A stretch of DNA of 64,000 nt. Source: Selaginella moellendorffii. Taxonomy: Eukaryota; Plantae; Lycopodiophyta. Made by a program: the position numbers and the translations under genes. The notes under the pieces were generated by a model that did not search any database, had not been told where the DNA came from, and saw only the letters and a program-made list of their open reading frames with translations. Below, one piece after another: positions 1 to 12,757 of the stretch. The stretch spans positions 523,370-587,369 of the forward strand of contig NW_003314285.1 in the NCBI RefSeq assembly GCF_000143415.4. The letters run 5' to 3'. Within the stretch, counting starts at the first letter, position 1. Each line of letters opens with the position of its first letter.

Positions 1-1435
1 GATGCGAAGCCTATGGTGATGCTGTTGGGCCAGTACTCCACGGGAAAGACCACGTTCTTAAAGCATCTTCTGAAAGTCGATTATCCAGGTTTGCTGATGC
101 ACCGTTTGTAAAGCTCGACTGACATTTTTCCAGGCTGCCACGTTGGTCCGGAACCAACAACTGATCGTTTCATCGTGGTCATGGTAATAGCTCAGCTCCT
201 CTATTTACAAGCGTTATGTTTATGGACATGACTCGCAGGGAGGGCCCGACGAGCGAACCATTCCTGGAAATACTGCTGTTGTCCAGTCAGAAATGCCATT
301 TACTGGACTTTCGAAGTTTGGAGCTGCGTTTCTGACGAAGTTTGAATGCTCTCTGTTGTCGCACCCGGTAAGTAAATTTTGATTTACGAGTCTGTCTTTA
401 CTGATATAAGCTCATTGTATAGCTCCTGGAACACATCACATTTGTAGACACTCCTGGTGTCTTGTCTGGAGAGAAGCAGAGGACTCAGCGGAGCTATGAC
501 TTCACCGGTGTAACCGAATGGTTCGCTGCGAAGTGTGATCTCATACTCCTCTTGTTTGATCCCCATAAGCTCGACATAAGTGACGAATTCAAGCGTGTTA
601 TTGGTTCGCTTCACGGCCATGACGATAAGATAAAAGTGGTCCTTAACAAAGCTGATCAGGTCGACACGCAGCAGGTAACTCGAAGGTTCTGTGTTGTTTT
701 ATCGTCTCACTAACTTTTTGACAGCTTATGAGAGTGTATGGCGCGCTCATGTGGTCTCTGGGAAAGGTCCTGAACACACCAGAAGTAATGCGCGTCTACA
801 TTGGGTATGCAACTGTTTATAATCTCAATGACAGTCATGATGTTTTTGCATTTTGCAGTTCATTCAACGATAAGCCTCTGAATGACAAGCTTGGTCCGAT
901 TGGAAAGGAGCTGTTCGAGAAGGAACAGAGTGACATTCTGATCGATCTGATGGACATTCCTCGCAAGGCCTGCGATCGGAAGGTGACATGTCTGTTTGCC
1001 GGTTTGAGCCAGTACTCACTAGCCGGGAATGTTTTCTTTCAGGTGAACGAGTTTGTAAAGCGGGCTCGCGCCGCTAAGATCCATGCACACATCATTGCTC
1101 ATTTGAAGAAGGAAATGCCAGCAATGGTGGGAAAGAACAAAGCTCAGCAACGTCTAATGGTTAACCTTGAAGACGAGTTTGCGAAGGTAAGCGTCGTTTT
1201 CTTTTCTACCTAGCTCTAAGAGTCGAGTTTGCTTGCGCAGGTTCAACGTGAGCTGCACTTGCCAGCCGGGGACATGCCAAATCCTGACAAGTTCCGAGAG
1301 ATACTTGCCCGGTACAACATCGACAAGTTCGAAAAGTACAAGCCCAAGCTCATACAAGCCGTGGAGACAATGCTGGCTCAAGACATACCAGACCTCCTCA
1401 ACAAGTTCCACAACCCATACGATTTCTCCAGGTGA
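1..1435 (+). CDS. EHD1: EH-domain-containing dynamin-like protein (EHD/RME-1), 5' part outside the window, multi-exon
   Basis: Spliced translation gives PMVMLLGQYSTGKTT (P-loop), GPEPTTDRF, FVDTPGVLSGEKQRTQRSYDF, VLNKADQVD, LMRVYGALMWSLGKV and a C-terminal NPYD. Introns are short GT-AG. Stop is at 1433-1435. Confidence 0.93.
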
Positions 1436-1817
1436 ACGATGAGTCTTTTCATTTCACTCCTCTCTCGAGTCAACTTGTTTGTTGGCTGCATGTACTTTAC
1501 CGAGGCGTAATAAAGAACTTTGAGTTCCATGCCGGCGTCCATGTCAGCAATGGGACACGACGTTTCAATGCTGGATTTTGGATTGTCGTGATCCAAAAGT
1601 TTAGGGCTCGTGGCGGGAGCGGGGCTGTAATCGACGGAGTCGCGCGCTGGTCAGTAGAGTTTGCAACGTTTTTTTCTTCGAAGCTGAGACAACCGTGATA
1701 ATGCCAACGGCTTTTGGCTCATGGAGTTCCAATTACAGGGAAGTTCGTCTGGCCAGCTAGAAACAAGGTTTTGGGGGACGCCAGGACAGGATTTAGTAGC
1801 TCAGAGTCAGCTCGGAA

Positions 1818-4365
1818 ATGTGGAGGCCAGCAGTGTGGACAGTGTTTTTGGTGGGCTTAGCGGGGGTCTATTACACAGGTGCTGTTCCAGATGCTTTGAG
1901 TCTCAACGATGCGTATTCGCTCATGGGGTTCAAGTCACAGATATGGAACGATCCATACGCTTCGCTGAGCAACTGGAAAGTGGATCCGGCCGTGGGACAC
2001 GCATGCTTTTGGAACGGGATCAAGTGCGCAGACTTGACGGCTTATAGAGTTAGCTCGATACAGCTGACGGGGTTGAGCTTAGTCGGACCGGTTGCTTCGA
2101 ACATAGGGGCGCTTTCGGAGCTCAGGGAATTGAATCTGTCCAACAACGGGTTCACGGGGGCCATTCCTGCTGCTATCGGACAGTGCACGAAGTTGACGGT
2201 GCTGGACTTGAGCCACAACGCTATGAGTGCGGTCATTCCCAACGAGCTTGGATCGGTTGTTTCGCTGCAGAAGATTTACCTGGGATACAATCAGTTCGTG
2301 GGAACTCTCATGTTTCCGTCGTCTTTGACCGCCATGACGGACCTGTCCGTGGAGCACAACAACTTCAACGGCTACCCGCTCGACATACTCGTCAACTTGA
2401 AGAACATCGTGTCCCTCAACTTGGGATCCAACACCTTCTCAGGTGTCATCGACAGCAAAGATCTCACTCACTTCAATTCGACTCTGAAGGAGCTTTTGCT
2501 GGGGTCCAATCTCTTCCAGGGGCCGGTTCCTTCGACTCTTTCCTATCTCGTTGGGCTCGAGAAGCTGGATCTCGGGGGAAACAACTTGACAGGGGATGTT
2601 CCAGTAGAGATTCAGTTCTGTCCAAACCTGTACTACGTGAACATGAGCTACAATCAGCTGACAGGCGTCATCCCGACGGTCTATAACAAGCTACAGTCAT
2701 TGTCGGTTTTGGACTTGCGAGGGAATGCGATCACTGGGACTATCAACATGGGAATTATGGGATGCACAAACTTGACAGACTTACGCCTTGGTGAGAACCA
2801 GCTGAACGGGACTATTCCAGGGGGATTTGGAAATCTGGCCTACCTTAGCTACCTGGATTTATCTGGCAACAGTTTGACAGGAAAGATACCCGCGGAGTTC
2901 GCCTCGCTGTCGCTGAAGACCTTGAATCTGTCGTCAAATCTCCTAACAGGCGCTCTTCTCGAATTTAGCAGTAGTCTTGTGGAGCTCGACCTGGCAGAGA
3001 ACAATTTCGTAGGATCTATACCGCAGGTGTATGGCAGCCTACCGAACCTGGAGTTTCTATCGCTGGCATACAATAGTCTGACAGGTGAAATCCCGTCTCA
3101 ACTGGGAAACTCTGCCAAGCTCAAGACCGTCAACCTCACCGGAAATTCCCTCACGAACAAGATTCCTTGGGCTCTTGCTTCTGCAAATATGGCACTTTTC
3201 TCCGTCGCAAGCAACGCGCTCAGCGGTGAGATCCCGGACACTTCTGCAATGAGACGGTTCTCGCCAGATGGCTTCCTTCCTGGCAACATTCTGCTGTGTG
3301 GAGCTGTTATCCAGAGAAGCTGTCCGAAGAAAGGCTTCCCAACGTGGGCCAAGGCTGTGCTAGGAACGTTCGTTCCGATCGTCACAGCTCTCCTCGGGGC
3401 GTTACTCTTCCTGTGGTTGTTTCCGCACGGCGAGTACTCTGCCAAAACGGTCCGGATGATCACCGACGACTTCAACAACACTAATCTCATAGGTGTAGGA
3501 GGCATGTCTACCGTCTACAAAGGTGTGTTTCCGGATGGAAACCAGGTAGCTGTGAAGCGTCTCCGGCCAGAGTTTTACAACGCAAAGACAAACACGAACT
3601 TCAATCTGGAACGCAAGCTGCTACTCGACGTCAAGCATCCTAATATTGTCCAAGTTCTTGGATCATGCAACAGCGGGAACCTCAAGGTTCTCATTCTCGA
3701 GAACATGCCGAATGGGAACCTAGACATGCATCCAAACCTGCCTTGGAGCCACAGAATGGATATAGCTGGAGGAGTAGCACAGGCTTTGGCATATCTTCAT
3801 GGCGAGTGGCAAGGCGCTAACCCGATGCATTGCGACCTCAAAGCAAGCAGTGTCTTGCTGGACGAGAAGTTCAACGCACACATAACTGACGTCCGCTTAG
3901 CAAACCAGAGCAGTACTATTATCAGCGACGGTACCTTCAGCGGATCTATCGGTTACATGCCACCAGGTGAATTCCTTTTCTATTGTTGCTATTGCTTAGT
4001 CCAGTTTCCTAACCAAAGGCTTTTCCTGTTTACAAGGATAAGCAGAGTATGCACTCTCGACCGTTCCCACAAAAGCTGGTGACGTCTACAGCTTTGGGAC
4101 TCTGGTGATGGAGCTTCTGACTGGAGTAAAGCCAGACGCGTCCATGCCAATGGACTCTAATCTCCAGGCGATGGTCAGGCAAGCATTTCCTGATAAGCTC
4201 CACTCTGTGCTGGACCCACAGATTCTCGACTACAACTTTCGTGATCAAATCACGATGTGCACAAAGATTGCCTTGCACTGCACAAACGATCTGCCTATCG
4301 ACCGTCCAAGTATGCGGGATGTCCTCGACATGTTCAGTCGGGCTTATTCCATCGAGCCAGCGTAA
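1818..4365 (+). CDS. LRR receptor-like kinase, non-RD (LRR-XII-like); exons 1818-3966 and 4046-4365
   Basis: Signal peptide, LRRNT (CFWNGIKC), many LxxLxLxxNxLxGxIP repeats, a TM helix and a kinase (GVGGMSTVYKG, VAVK, HCDLK, GSIGYMPP|EY, DVYSFG). The single intron sits in the PE-Y position typical of RLKs. Confidence 0.93.
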
Positions 4366-4629
4366 GCAACTGTCTTGTGCTTTTCTTTGTTTTAACTTTA
4401 CGTTTAACAGGAGATCCTTGAGATGAGTCACCAACACCTGTATGCTCCCCATTCGCTACACGTGGGCGTTCTGGATGGCAAACACGTCGCGAGGTTGATG
4501 GTTTGCGTGTTGGTACCCTGTCGGCGGTTTACTTTCCAGGTTTTTGATCTTCCTCTCCCCCCTTTTTCTCTTTTTAGTGCGGCTGTCCTAGGAGCTCACA
4601 TTGTCCTTTCAGCTTGTTGGGTCGCAGCG

Positions 4630-5770
4630 ATGGAGGCGTCACAGGACTTCACAGCTCGTAACGTTCTTCTCAGGCAGATGTTGTCAGCTGGGATAGCTGG
4701 GACTCTGGCGGACGGAATCACATATCCGATGATGACTGTGAAATCGCGCATGATGGTACTTGGGTCTCGCTTTTTGTTGCTTGGATCTTGCTAAAAATGA
4801 GCGAATGCGCAGGTCCAAGGGTCCGCTGGCGCAGGAAACTCTGGTGCTGTGCTGTATATGTATAAAGGGCCAATGCATGCGATCCAGACCATCGCAAGCC
4901 AAGAGGGTTGGAGAACCTTGTACAAGGGATATGCGACGCTTACTCAGGTTGCCACTGCGCAAGCACTGTATATGGCGACTTATCAGACGACAAAGCGAAT
5001 TGTTCCAGGTAACTTACTCGCTCAAAACCGAAACTCTCAGCTCAACTTCTGTTCCTAGGTGGGCAGGATAATCCCGTGGTTCAATTCGGCGGTGGATTAG
5101 CCGCGACACTCGTTCAATCGCTCATTAACGTCCCTGTGGAGATCATTAGGCAGAGACAAATGGTTCAAAGAGCGGGAGAAGGCTCTTACAAGGTATGTTG
5201 CTGTTTTAGAGCTCATTTCATCTAGATCGTGACCAAAGTAAGTGGTGGCTACAGGGATCGCTAGACACGGTGAAGATAGTATACAGGCAAGAAGGTTTCG
5301 GTGCTCTCTACCGGGGTTTTCTCCTCGCACAAATGGTTTGGGGGCCTTACAATGCCATATACTTGCCGTTGTGGGAGACGTGCAAACGTTTTGCTGCACG
5401 CTACTCGCAAGTAGACAGCGTAGAGAAGCTCGACATCGGATATGAGCTTGGGAGCTCCTTCTTCAGTGCCTCGGTTGCAGCAGCGATTACAAATCCCATG
5501 GTAAGCTGACACTGTACTCGCCTTTCGCGTCACTAACTTTGGTTCGCGCAGGACGTGATCAAAACGAGATTGCAAGTCCAGGGAAAGAGCAACGTCTCAA
5601 ACTCGACGAACTATAACGGGGCTGTGGACGCAGCCAAGGCAATCTGGAAACGCGAGGGATTCAAAGGTTTCACTTGCGGCATCACGTCCAGGATGTTCTG
5701 GGTGGCTCCGTCCAGCATGATCATGTTCACGACATACGACCAGATCTTCAAGCGCTTGAATCGATCATAG
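4630..5770 (+). CDS. Mitochondrial carrier (SLC25) family protein, 5 exons
   Basis: Three carrier repeats: YPMMTVKSRMMVQ, VPVEIIRQRQMVQ and NPMDVIKTRLQVQ, followed by EGWRTLYKG, EGFGALYRG and EGFKGF. Introns are GT-AG. Confidence 0.9.
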
Positions 5771-5880
5771 TAAAGGCTATCAGAAACACTGTCAAGGGTC
5801 TTTGGTTCTTTTGAAACAAAACAATTCTTTTTTGTTCTCTCTTACTCTACTCGAGATACTAGGGCTCTAGTAGTGTTGGT

Positions 5881-7383
5881 ATGGTGCGAGTCGATGTGAA
5901 GCTCCACAGAGCTTCTCGGATCTATCGACCCTCGGTAAGAGTGAAAATGCGCTCTTGCTTTGCTCGGCTGATCGATCGTCTTTGCAGGAAGTCGTGGACG
6001 GGGTAGTGACGATCACAAGCCTCTCGGGCTTGAGCCATCAAGGGATTCGTCTCACCGCTCTTGGCTCCGTCATAATTCAGGCTAGTTTGAGGGACCATTT
6101 CTCTTCTTTTGTTTAGATGGTTGGATGGTTTCTTTCAGCCAAGCCCAAAAGCAGTTGGTGTCATTGAATCTCTTTACAGCTCCGTGAAGCCTATGGTGAT
6201 CCTGTACAAGTTTTTCTCTCGGTTGTTTCTGTCCAGAGTTTCTCAAGAGCTTTGTCCAGGAAAAAAGCGATGGACTTGAGCGGAGCAGGAAAACTTGGCA
6301 TTGGAAAATCTGAGGTTTGCGTCTTCTTTTCTCTCTCTCTCGTCTAACGTGTCCTAAATCCACAGCTTGCTTTCGATTTTCCTTTGGAGTCGCAAAGCTC
6401 CCAGGGAGACGGTGTTCTGGGTGTGTTATACGAGACATATCACGGTGCATACATCAATATCCAGGTACTCTTATTTCCCTTTCGCGTGACTTTTGCTCAA
6501 CTCTTCTACTGGCAGTATCAAGTGATTGTAGAGGTGGTCCGAGGCTATCTACAAAAGCCATACACCGCAAACTTTGAGTTCTTTGTTGAAGGACACCGAG
6601 GTAGGGACTACCAAAACTTTCTCTTAATCTGCTTTTCTTTTCTCTAACAGCGAGGCTTCTCTCAAGGCCGGAATTCGTCAGCTTCTACATCACTCACGAC
6701 ACTCAAAACCACTTTCTCTTGCCTGCGATTCGTTCAGGTAAGCTCCTACACCTCTTGAGTCCTGCATACAGCTAAAAAAAACTCTTCTGTCGATGGTGAA
6801 GGTGGTTTCAAGGTCACTGGCAAGGTGGCGACTCAGTGCCTCGTTTCAGAACCTCTTACCGGAGAACTAACAGTCGAGTACTCGAAGACTCCACTGCTGT
6901 CCATCGACGTTCTACTCTTTCGCGTCGAATCCATCCTCGTTTCGGACAGGAGCTCAATAGAGAGAACCGAAATCCAAACAACACAAGTAAGCGAAAACAA
7001 AAAAAATCTAAACACTGTCATCTCAGCATCGCATTTTCCACCAGATAGCCGATGGAGACGTATACCGAGGCGTCGCAATACCCATCTACGTGATTCTTCC
7101 TCGCCTCTTGACATGCCCAACGCTCTCAGCCAAGTAAGCCAGCGAGCTTTTCCTTCTTTTCTTTCCCAGGCTTGCGTAATTGTCTCCTGTTTCGTCGGCG
7201 CAGCACTTTCTCCGTGAACTTCGAGCTTTGCATGAAGATCACATTCGACACGAGGCCGAGCACGCAACTCGAGGCCGACTCAAAACAATTGGTAACATGA
7301 TTGCGCCATAAATTCAGCTCTCAACCAGTTTGTCCGTGCAGGTGGCGTTTGAAACCCTTCCAGTGCGACTCCTACGATCGTGA
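5881..7383 (+). CDS. VPS26C: VPS26C / DSCR3 retriever subunit, multi-exon
   Basis: Exons translate to MVRVDVKLHRASRIYRP, LSHQGIRL, LYETYHGAYINIQY, LTGELTVEYS..PLLSIDVLLFRVES, EIQTTQIADGDV, PIYVILPRLLTCPT and ETLPVRLLRS*. Confidence 0.88.
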
Positions 7384-7662
7384 TGCAATGCTCTCGCATG
7401 AGCCGCTGGATAGCCAGGATCCAACGGCTCATACAATATACGATTTATCATTGGATCAAACGACAATCCTGTTTTTGTTTCATGAGAAATCAAGGGAAAA
7501 AAAAAGAATCATTTTTCCCGTACAAAAAGCGTCCGACCAAACGACAAAGTTTATAGACGGTCTCGTCCAGGCCTGCAAAATCCCCTCATGGATATAAGAA
7601 GAGAAAATCCACAAGAATTATTCCTGCACGGAGAGAGATTCGTTCGAATCGAGGAGGAAAGA

Positions 7663-8112
7663 ATGTCTAGAAGATGGACGATGAGAGGAATCCTCACGGA
7701 CCTTATTTGTGGAGCACCATCGCCAGAGCAGCCGCCACAACTGGTCCCAAAAGGAAGCCTCGCAGTGTACGTTGGACGAGATCGCAAGCGCTTCGTGATT
7801 CCAGTCATCTACCTCAACGATCAACGCTTCCAGGAATTGCTGGCCATGGAGGAGAGCGCCTCCTCCTCCCATTTCAGCTACCACGGTGGCCTCTTCTTTC
7901 CCTGTGACCCAGCTTCTTTCGAGCACGCTATGGCGTCCGCCGGCTACAAGCTCCAAAGCCCGAAGATAAGATCGATCATCCCCTCCCTTCCTTCTCTTAA
8001 GCTCCTTGGCTCGATTTGTCTCAGCTTCTTTGTCAGCAGATCATCCCCTTCATCCGGACTGATTCCACCACCTCGCATCGCATCGACTTGCACATCTTCT
8101 CCAGATTCGTGA
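7663..8112 (+). CDS. SAUR auxin-inducible family protein (intronless; alternative start 7588)
   Basis: VPKGSLAVYVGRDRKRFVIPVIYLNDQRFQELL...FSYHGGLFFPCDPASFE is the SAUR core. Confidence 0.85.
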   Translation: MSRRWTMRGILTDLICGAPSPEQPPQLVPKGSLAVYVGRDRKRFVIPVIYLNDQRFQELLAMEESASSSHFSYHGGLFFPCDPASFEHAMASAGYKLQSPKIRSIIPSLPSLKLLGSICLSFFVSRSSPSSGLIPPPRIASTCTSSPDS

Positions 8113-9947
8113 CTTTGGTTTGCATGGCTCGCAGCCCCCATCTCAGCTCCTCGTTTTGCATCAGAGCCCTGCGGTACACACTCGGGTCGATCGGCCCTGC
8201 CTGTTGCTGTTTCTCTGCGTCAAGAAGCCTGCTCGCCTCTTCTTCTTCTCCTCCTTGTTCTTGGTGGTGGTCGATCTTCTGTGGACTCTTGCCTGGACTT
8301 TTGCCTGGACTCTTTCCTGGATCTATGTTCTTGGCCTGGCTGGGACTGTTGTTCACGGCGCTCGAGACTGTTTGCTTGCGAAGTTCCTTCTGTGCCAACA
8401 GCGTACGCACGGCCACGGGAGCAGGAAACCGCGGGTTCTGTGCTATGTGAGCGCACGCCTTGGGGGAGAGTTTCTGGTAATTCACCGCGTTGCACAGGCT
8501 CAGCGCTTCCGCGTTTCTGATAAACGGATGAGCCTGCAAAACAAACCAAGAGCATTGAATCAGCGTTCGGTCATTTCTTTTTCACTTACTTCCAGGTAGA
8601 TGTCCACCGCTCTGTAGAGTCTGTCGTCGGTTACTCTTGACCAAGGCGGTAGCACTTTCGCGAGGCGGAGGAGCTTCTGCGGGTGCAAATGCGGGTCTGG
8701 CGCCACTTCCGACAGGTACATATCCACCAGCGTTCCCAGCTTGATCAGCGCTTCCTCCCCAATGGAGCACGAATTCTCGGAAACGTAGCTCTTGAGGAAG
8801 TACCAGAGCAGCCGCAGCACAGCATCATCATCGTAGACCGGGCCTCCGGACCTCGGGGAAGTCGATGACGGTAGCAAAAGGTTGTCGAGGGTGGCGTTGT
8901 GTAGCTGCAAACCAATCATCCTCTCGATTTGTGACCGGCACAGCTTGCTCGATTCTATCCCCACGGCCATCCTATAGATCACGAACAGCGATCGGCACGT
9001 CGTCGATCCTGGTTCCAGATGACCCAGCAAGCTCACAATTGTTTCCAGCACTTCGCACTGGAGTTGCTGACCACCTTCCCGGCTCCCACCATCTTTGCCT
9101 TCACTCTCACCCGTAGCACTACTAGCACTGTGCCTGGACGAAACCCAGCTATACCCAAGCGAAGCCAAGCTCGTTTTCAAGTAGTAGAGCAAGAACCTGG
9201 AGATATAGCGATGCTCCATGTTGACTGTGAAGAGCGCTCGCACGACCCTTTCCATGAGATACATGGACAGCCCGCAAACGTCCGTGAACCACCAAGTTCT
9301 TGGAGACAGGCTCGTGGACGCTCGGAGCTCTTGATCCGGTGACATGGGCGATTCCCCGGCGGTGTGAAGAAGCTCGATGCTGGACGAGATTTTCCCTGCT
9401 GTGGCAAATGCTAGCCGTTGGACGATCCGGTGATTCTCGGCTATATGGAGGACGCTGTCACACCCCTTGAGCGCCGCTACCAAATCCTGCCACTGCCAGG
9501 AATCGACGCCGCCGAGCGCCTCCTCGGTCCTGGACACGAGATTTCCAGCCGAAATATCCTCGGTCATCACCAATTCGTCCGCGGCAGCCCTGAGCACGGC
9601 GACATTGGATGGGGCGATCTCGAGCTGGCCACCGGAGTAGCAAAAAGATGCCGCCATTTCGAATGCCGGGGCTCCGCCAGGAAAATCGCGAAGAACAAGC
9701 CGCTGCCGCTTGGATTTCCGGCTGCCGGCTGCGCCAGTGCTGCTCGTCGCGATGAGATGCCTCGCCCGCCCGGAATACTTCGCCATTTGCCTCTGTCGGA
9801 TCGATCGGAAGGGAAAATTTCAAGAAACGCTATGAGATCGAGAGCGATTACCTTGCTGAGGACGAAAATGTGCTCCTCGTCGATCTCCACCTCTAGATCA
9901 TTGTCAAGAACGCGCGATCTAGCTGCTGGGAGCCGCTGCCTCGCCAT
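8033..9947 (-). CDS. BTB/POZ-NPH3 (NRL family) protein; exons 9947-9852, 9792-8590, 8533-8033
   Basis: DFPGGAPAFEMAASFCY, WWFTDVC, DRLYRAVDIYLE|AHP, NYQKLSPKACAHIAQNPRFP and a C-terminal coiled coil (NEELRWGLRAMQTKVTNLEKMC). Splice sites preserve the frame. Confidence 0.92.
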
Positions 9948-10437
9948 GGATTGAGGAGACCTCGTCGGTCTGGCGCCGATCGTCCTCTGCATCACGGGCT
10001 TGCTCGCGGCACACAAAAAGGCCTCTTCTTTTTAACCCTTTCCTGGGGTGGTGACGTGGCACTATCTAGTCGGTCCGTTAAAAGCACCGGCCAGGATTTC
10101 CGTTAAGCATGGCATATTCTTACCAGTGACAAGAATATTCCACGAATGTCTCTTGCGCGGGGCGATTTTTAAATTCAAACAATAGTTTCGCGCGGAGGAG
10201 AATGAATCCCGTGAACAATCAAACGCTCCACATCTCTTTTGATGTAAGGATTTGACCTAATGCGACCAACACAAGCAATAAATCCTTCCTGTTTTTCTTC
10301 AATATTTTCCAAACTTGGTGATCGTTGCAAACTATTCAAAATTTCCAAATTCTCTTAAACCATGATGCACTTTCAATTTATGGAGGAAAGCAAAAGCTCC
10401 ACAAATACAAAAAGGTTCCAATTAAGGCATATCAATT

Positions 10438-11034
10438 TCAGGCTTTCACTGCAAAAGCTGCTTTGAGCGTCTGGATGGTGTCTATGCCCACCTTGAAGGC
10501 CTTGCTTAGAACTTGATCGTCGATTCCAGACCCAAAGATGGTGGCGGGGATGGAAACAGTGCCGGCATTGGAGCTCCCGAAGGCTGAGATGGCCTTGGCC
10601 GCGTACTGTCCTTCGTTGAATTGGAAGTGGACGAGACCCTTCGGAAACACGAACGCATCGCCCGTCCCAAGCTTCTGGACGAATAGCTTGTTGGTGGTGT
10701 CCACCAGGCCAACGGCGAGGGAGCCCTCTAAAACGTAGAGGAGCTCCGAGGCCCGGGGATGGATGTGTGGGGGATTGACCGAGCTTGGCTGGAAGAAGAG
10801 CTGGGCCATGGAGACGCCCAGACCAACAAGACCTGGGAATTCCACAAGCGATGCCTTCCTCACCATGAAAGTTCCTGGCGCAGCCGTGACATCGCCGCGA
10901 AAGGCAGTGAAGGTGAAGAAGCTCGCGTTGGTGGCGGTGGGATCAGCAGCATAATCCGAGACAAGCTCCGGGTCTGCGGCAAAAACTCCTACCGCGAGAA
11001 ACAAAGAGCACACCAGCAAGTAAGCCATCGACAT
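10438..11034 (-). CDS. Germin-like protein (cupin), secreted, copy 1
   Basis: Signal peptide, germin box 1 NPPHIHPRASE and box 2 GDAFVFPKGLVHFQFN. Intronless. Confidence 0.93.
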   Translation of the reverse strand: MSMAYLLVCSLFLAVGVFAADPELVSDYAADPTATNASFFTFTAFRGDVTAAPGTFMVRKASLVEFPGLVGLGVSMAQLFFQPSSVNPPHIHPRASELLYVLEGSLAVGLVDTTNKLFVQKLGTGDAFVFPKGLVHFQFNEGQYAAKAISAFGSSNAGTVSIPATIFGSGIDDQVLSKAFKVGIDTIQTLKAAFAVKA

Positions 11035-11423
11035 ATTTCTTGATCCTTTGCGATCTAAAGAGCTTTGCTTAGAAGTGTCTATTGTTTTGGAAGGCAATTA
11101 GCTGAAGGGGAGGATGAATCCATGGGCAGAGCTGGAGGCTTTTATATTTGCAAAAGCCATAGCAACTCCAAAGTTCGTACAGATGCTAGGAAATGCGCGT
11201 GTGGGTCTGGCGGAATGAAGCAACTCAGCACACGAGACCTGGATGAAATTTGTCCTTGACTATTGTCCACCCAGGATAAGATAGACAAATCTTGTCTTCC
11301 TTTCACTGTTCCCAATCTTTCAAATGGTAAAGAATTATTAAAAGGTGTGGATTCTGGACTATATGGTTATAGGAATAACGTTGTAAAGGTATAACCGTAG
11401 CTTTTAATTTGGCAAATGTCAAT

Positions 11424-11494
11424 GTCATTGTAGTATACTGGTGAGTATTTCTGCCTGCCACGCAGACGACCCGGGTTCTATCCCAGCAACGGCA
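11424..11494 (+). pseudogene. tRNA-Asp-derived pseudogene with a GCC anticodon
   Basis: Paralog of 16794-16865. The anticodon at 11457-11459 is GCC, the T-loop reads TTCTATC, the T-stem lacks one base and the acceptor stem carries a mismatch. Confidence 0.8.
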
Positions 11495-11729
11495 GTCTCT
11501 TTTTCTTACGATTCGATCTCTGCTGAAAAGAAACAATAGAGTTTCCTTGTTTTCCTTCTTGTTCCTAAACCAAAGAATCTACACACCATCAACCGGGTAT
11601 GTGATGCCATCCGCAAGCTTCAAGGGTATTTGGTATTGAATCGTTCTTTTCAAATCCTTTTTTATGTTCTTTCAATTTCTTTTTTCTTGCGGAGAATCAT
11701 GCCGATCTTTGTTTTTTTAATTCTTCCCA

Positions 11730-12500
11730 GGTTCAACGAGCTGGAACTGGAATTGCCGTCTTTCAATGCCCTTTACACTATTGCCAGGATGGATAGGCCA
11801 CGATCACACAGATTTGCTTCTCACAGGCAATGTATACATATGGTCGTCTATCAATCCACCAAGAAAATCGTTCCAGGATTCTAGCTTGGATTTTTCTCTT
11901 TTTCGTCTGTATTTCCTTTGTTTTCTTCCATTTCGTAAAGATAATCCCGCAGTGCAATTTGGAGGTGGATTAGCTGCCACTCTTATACGGCAGAGTGGAT
12001 GCTATACGGCAGAGACAAATGGTGCAACCTTAAGGCTGCTACAAGGTACTCGTTTTTCTACGAACAAAAGATGGAATTCGATGATATTTTCTGATTTATT
12101 ACAGGGATCTTTGGATGCCGGACTGAGCTCCTTTTACCGGGGGTTGCGTTATTGTATGGGGACCATATAATGCAATCTATTTACCACCAAAGACGTTCAA
12201 AGAAGATCTATGCGCGGGAAAACCGTGGACAAGCTCGATGCTCGATGCTCGCAAGCTCGTTTTGTAGCGCTGCCATCGCTGCTACTGTGACAAATCCCAT
12301 GCTACTTTTCAATGTTTTCTTATGGATTCTGGCGTGATCAAGATGAGGATACAAGTCCAAGGCAAGAGCAATATTTCGAGCTGCACGACTTACACTGGGC
12401 CTGCAGATGCCAGAGAAACGAGAAATGGGGAGGCTTTGCGAGTGGAATCACGTCGAGGATTTTCTGGGGTGCTCCTGGTGGTATGATAATGTTCACAGAT
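11730..12500 (+). pseudogene. Mitochondrial carrier pseudogene (degenerate copy of 4630-5770)
   Basis: DNPAVQFGGGLAATL, LASSFCSAAIAATVTNPM and FASGITSRIFWGAPGGMIMFT with frameshifts and deletions. Intron remnants are retained. Confidence 0.82.
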
Positions 12501-12559
12501 CCTACTACTTTAACATTAACGCATGGAATTCTTGGTTCTTCAATCAGCAGTGTGTCGCA

Positions 12560-12757
12560 ATGGCTCACTTTTGCAAGCTTCTCCTGCTGATTCTCCTCCC
12601 TCATATTGCCCAGGCCAGCGCCCAGCCAACATAGTCATGGGAGTGACTGAGTTCCATGCCCCAGGACCGCAGTACCGCAGCCTGTCAAGGAGGTCAACTT
12701 TAAGTGATGGAAGCCCAACGTGGATGTTGTTGAGTATCTCTATGCAGAAGCGATCTC
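12560..12757 (+). pseudogene. Truncated copy of the secreted nuclease gene
   Basis: MAHFCKLLLL...QPVKEVNFK*...PNVDVVEYLYAE with deletions and a stop. The catalytic half is missing. Confidence 0.85.

Noticed and set aside
2042-3505. Antisense and alternate-frame ORFs over the RLK, NPH3, germin, PPR and ABCG genes
   Set aside because: They are shadows of GC-rich coding sequence with no recognisable motifs.
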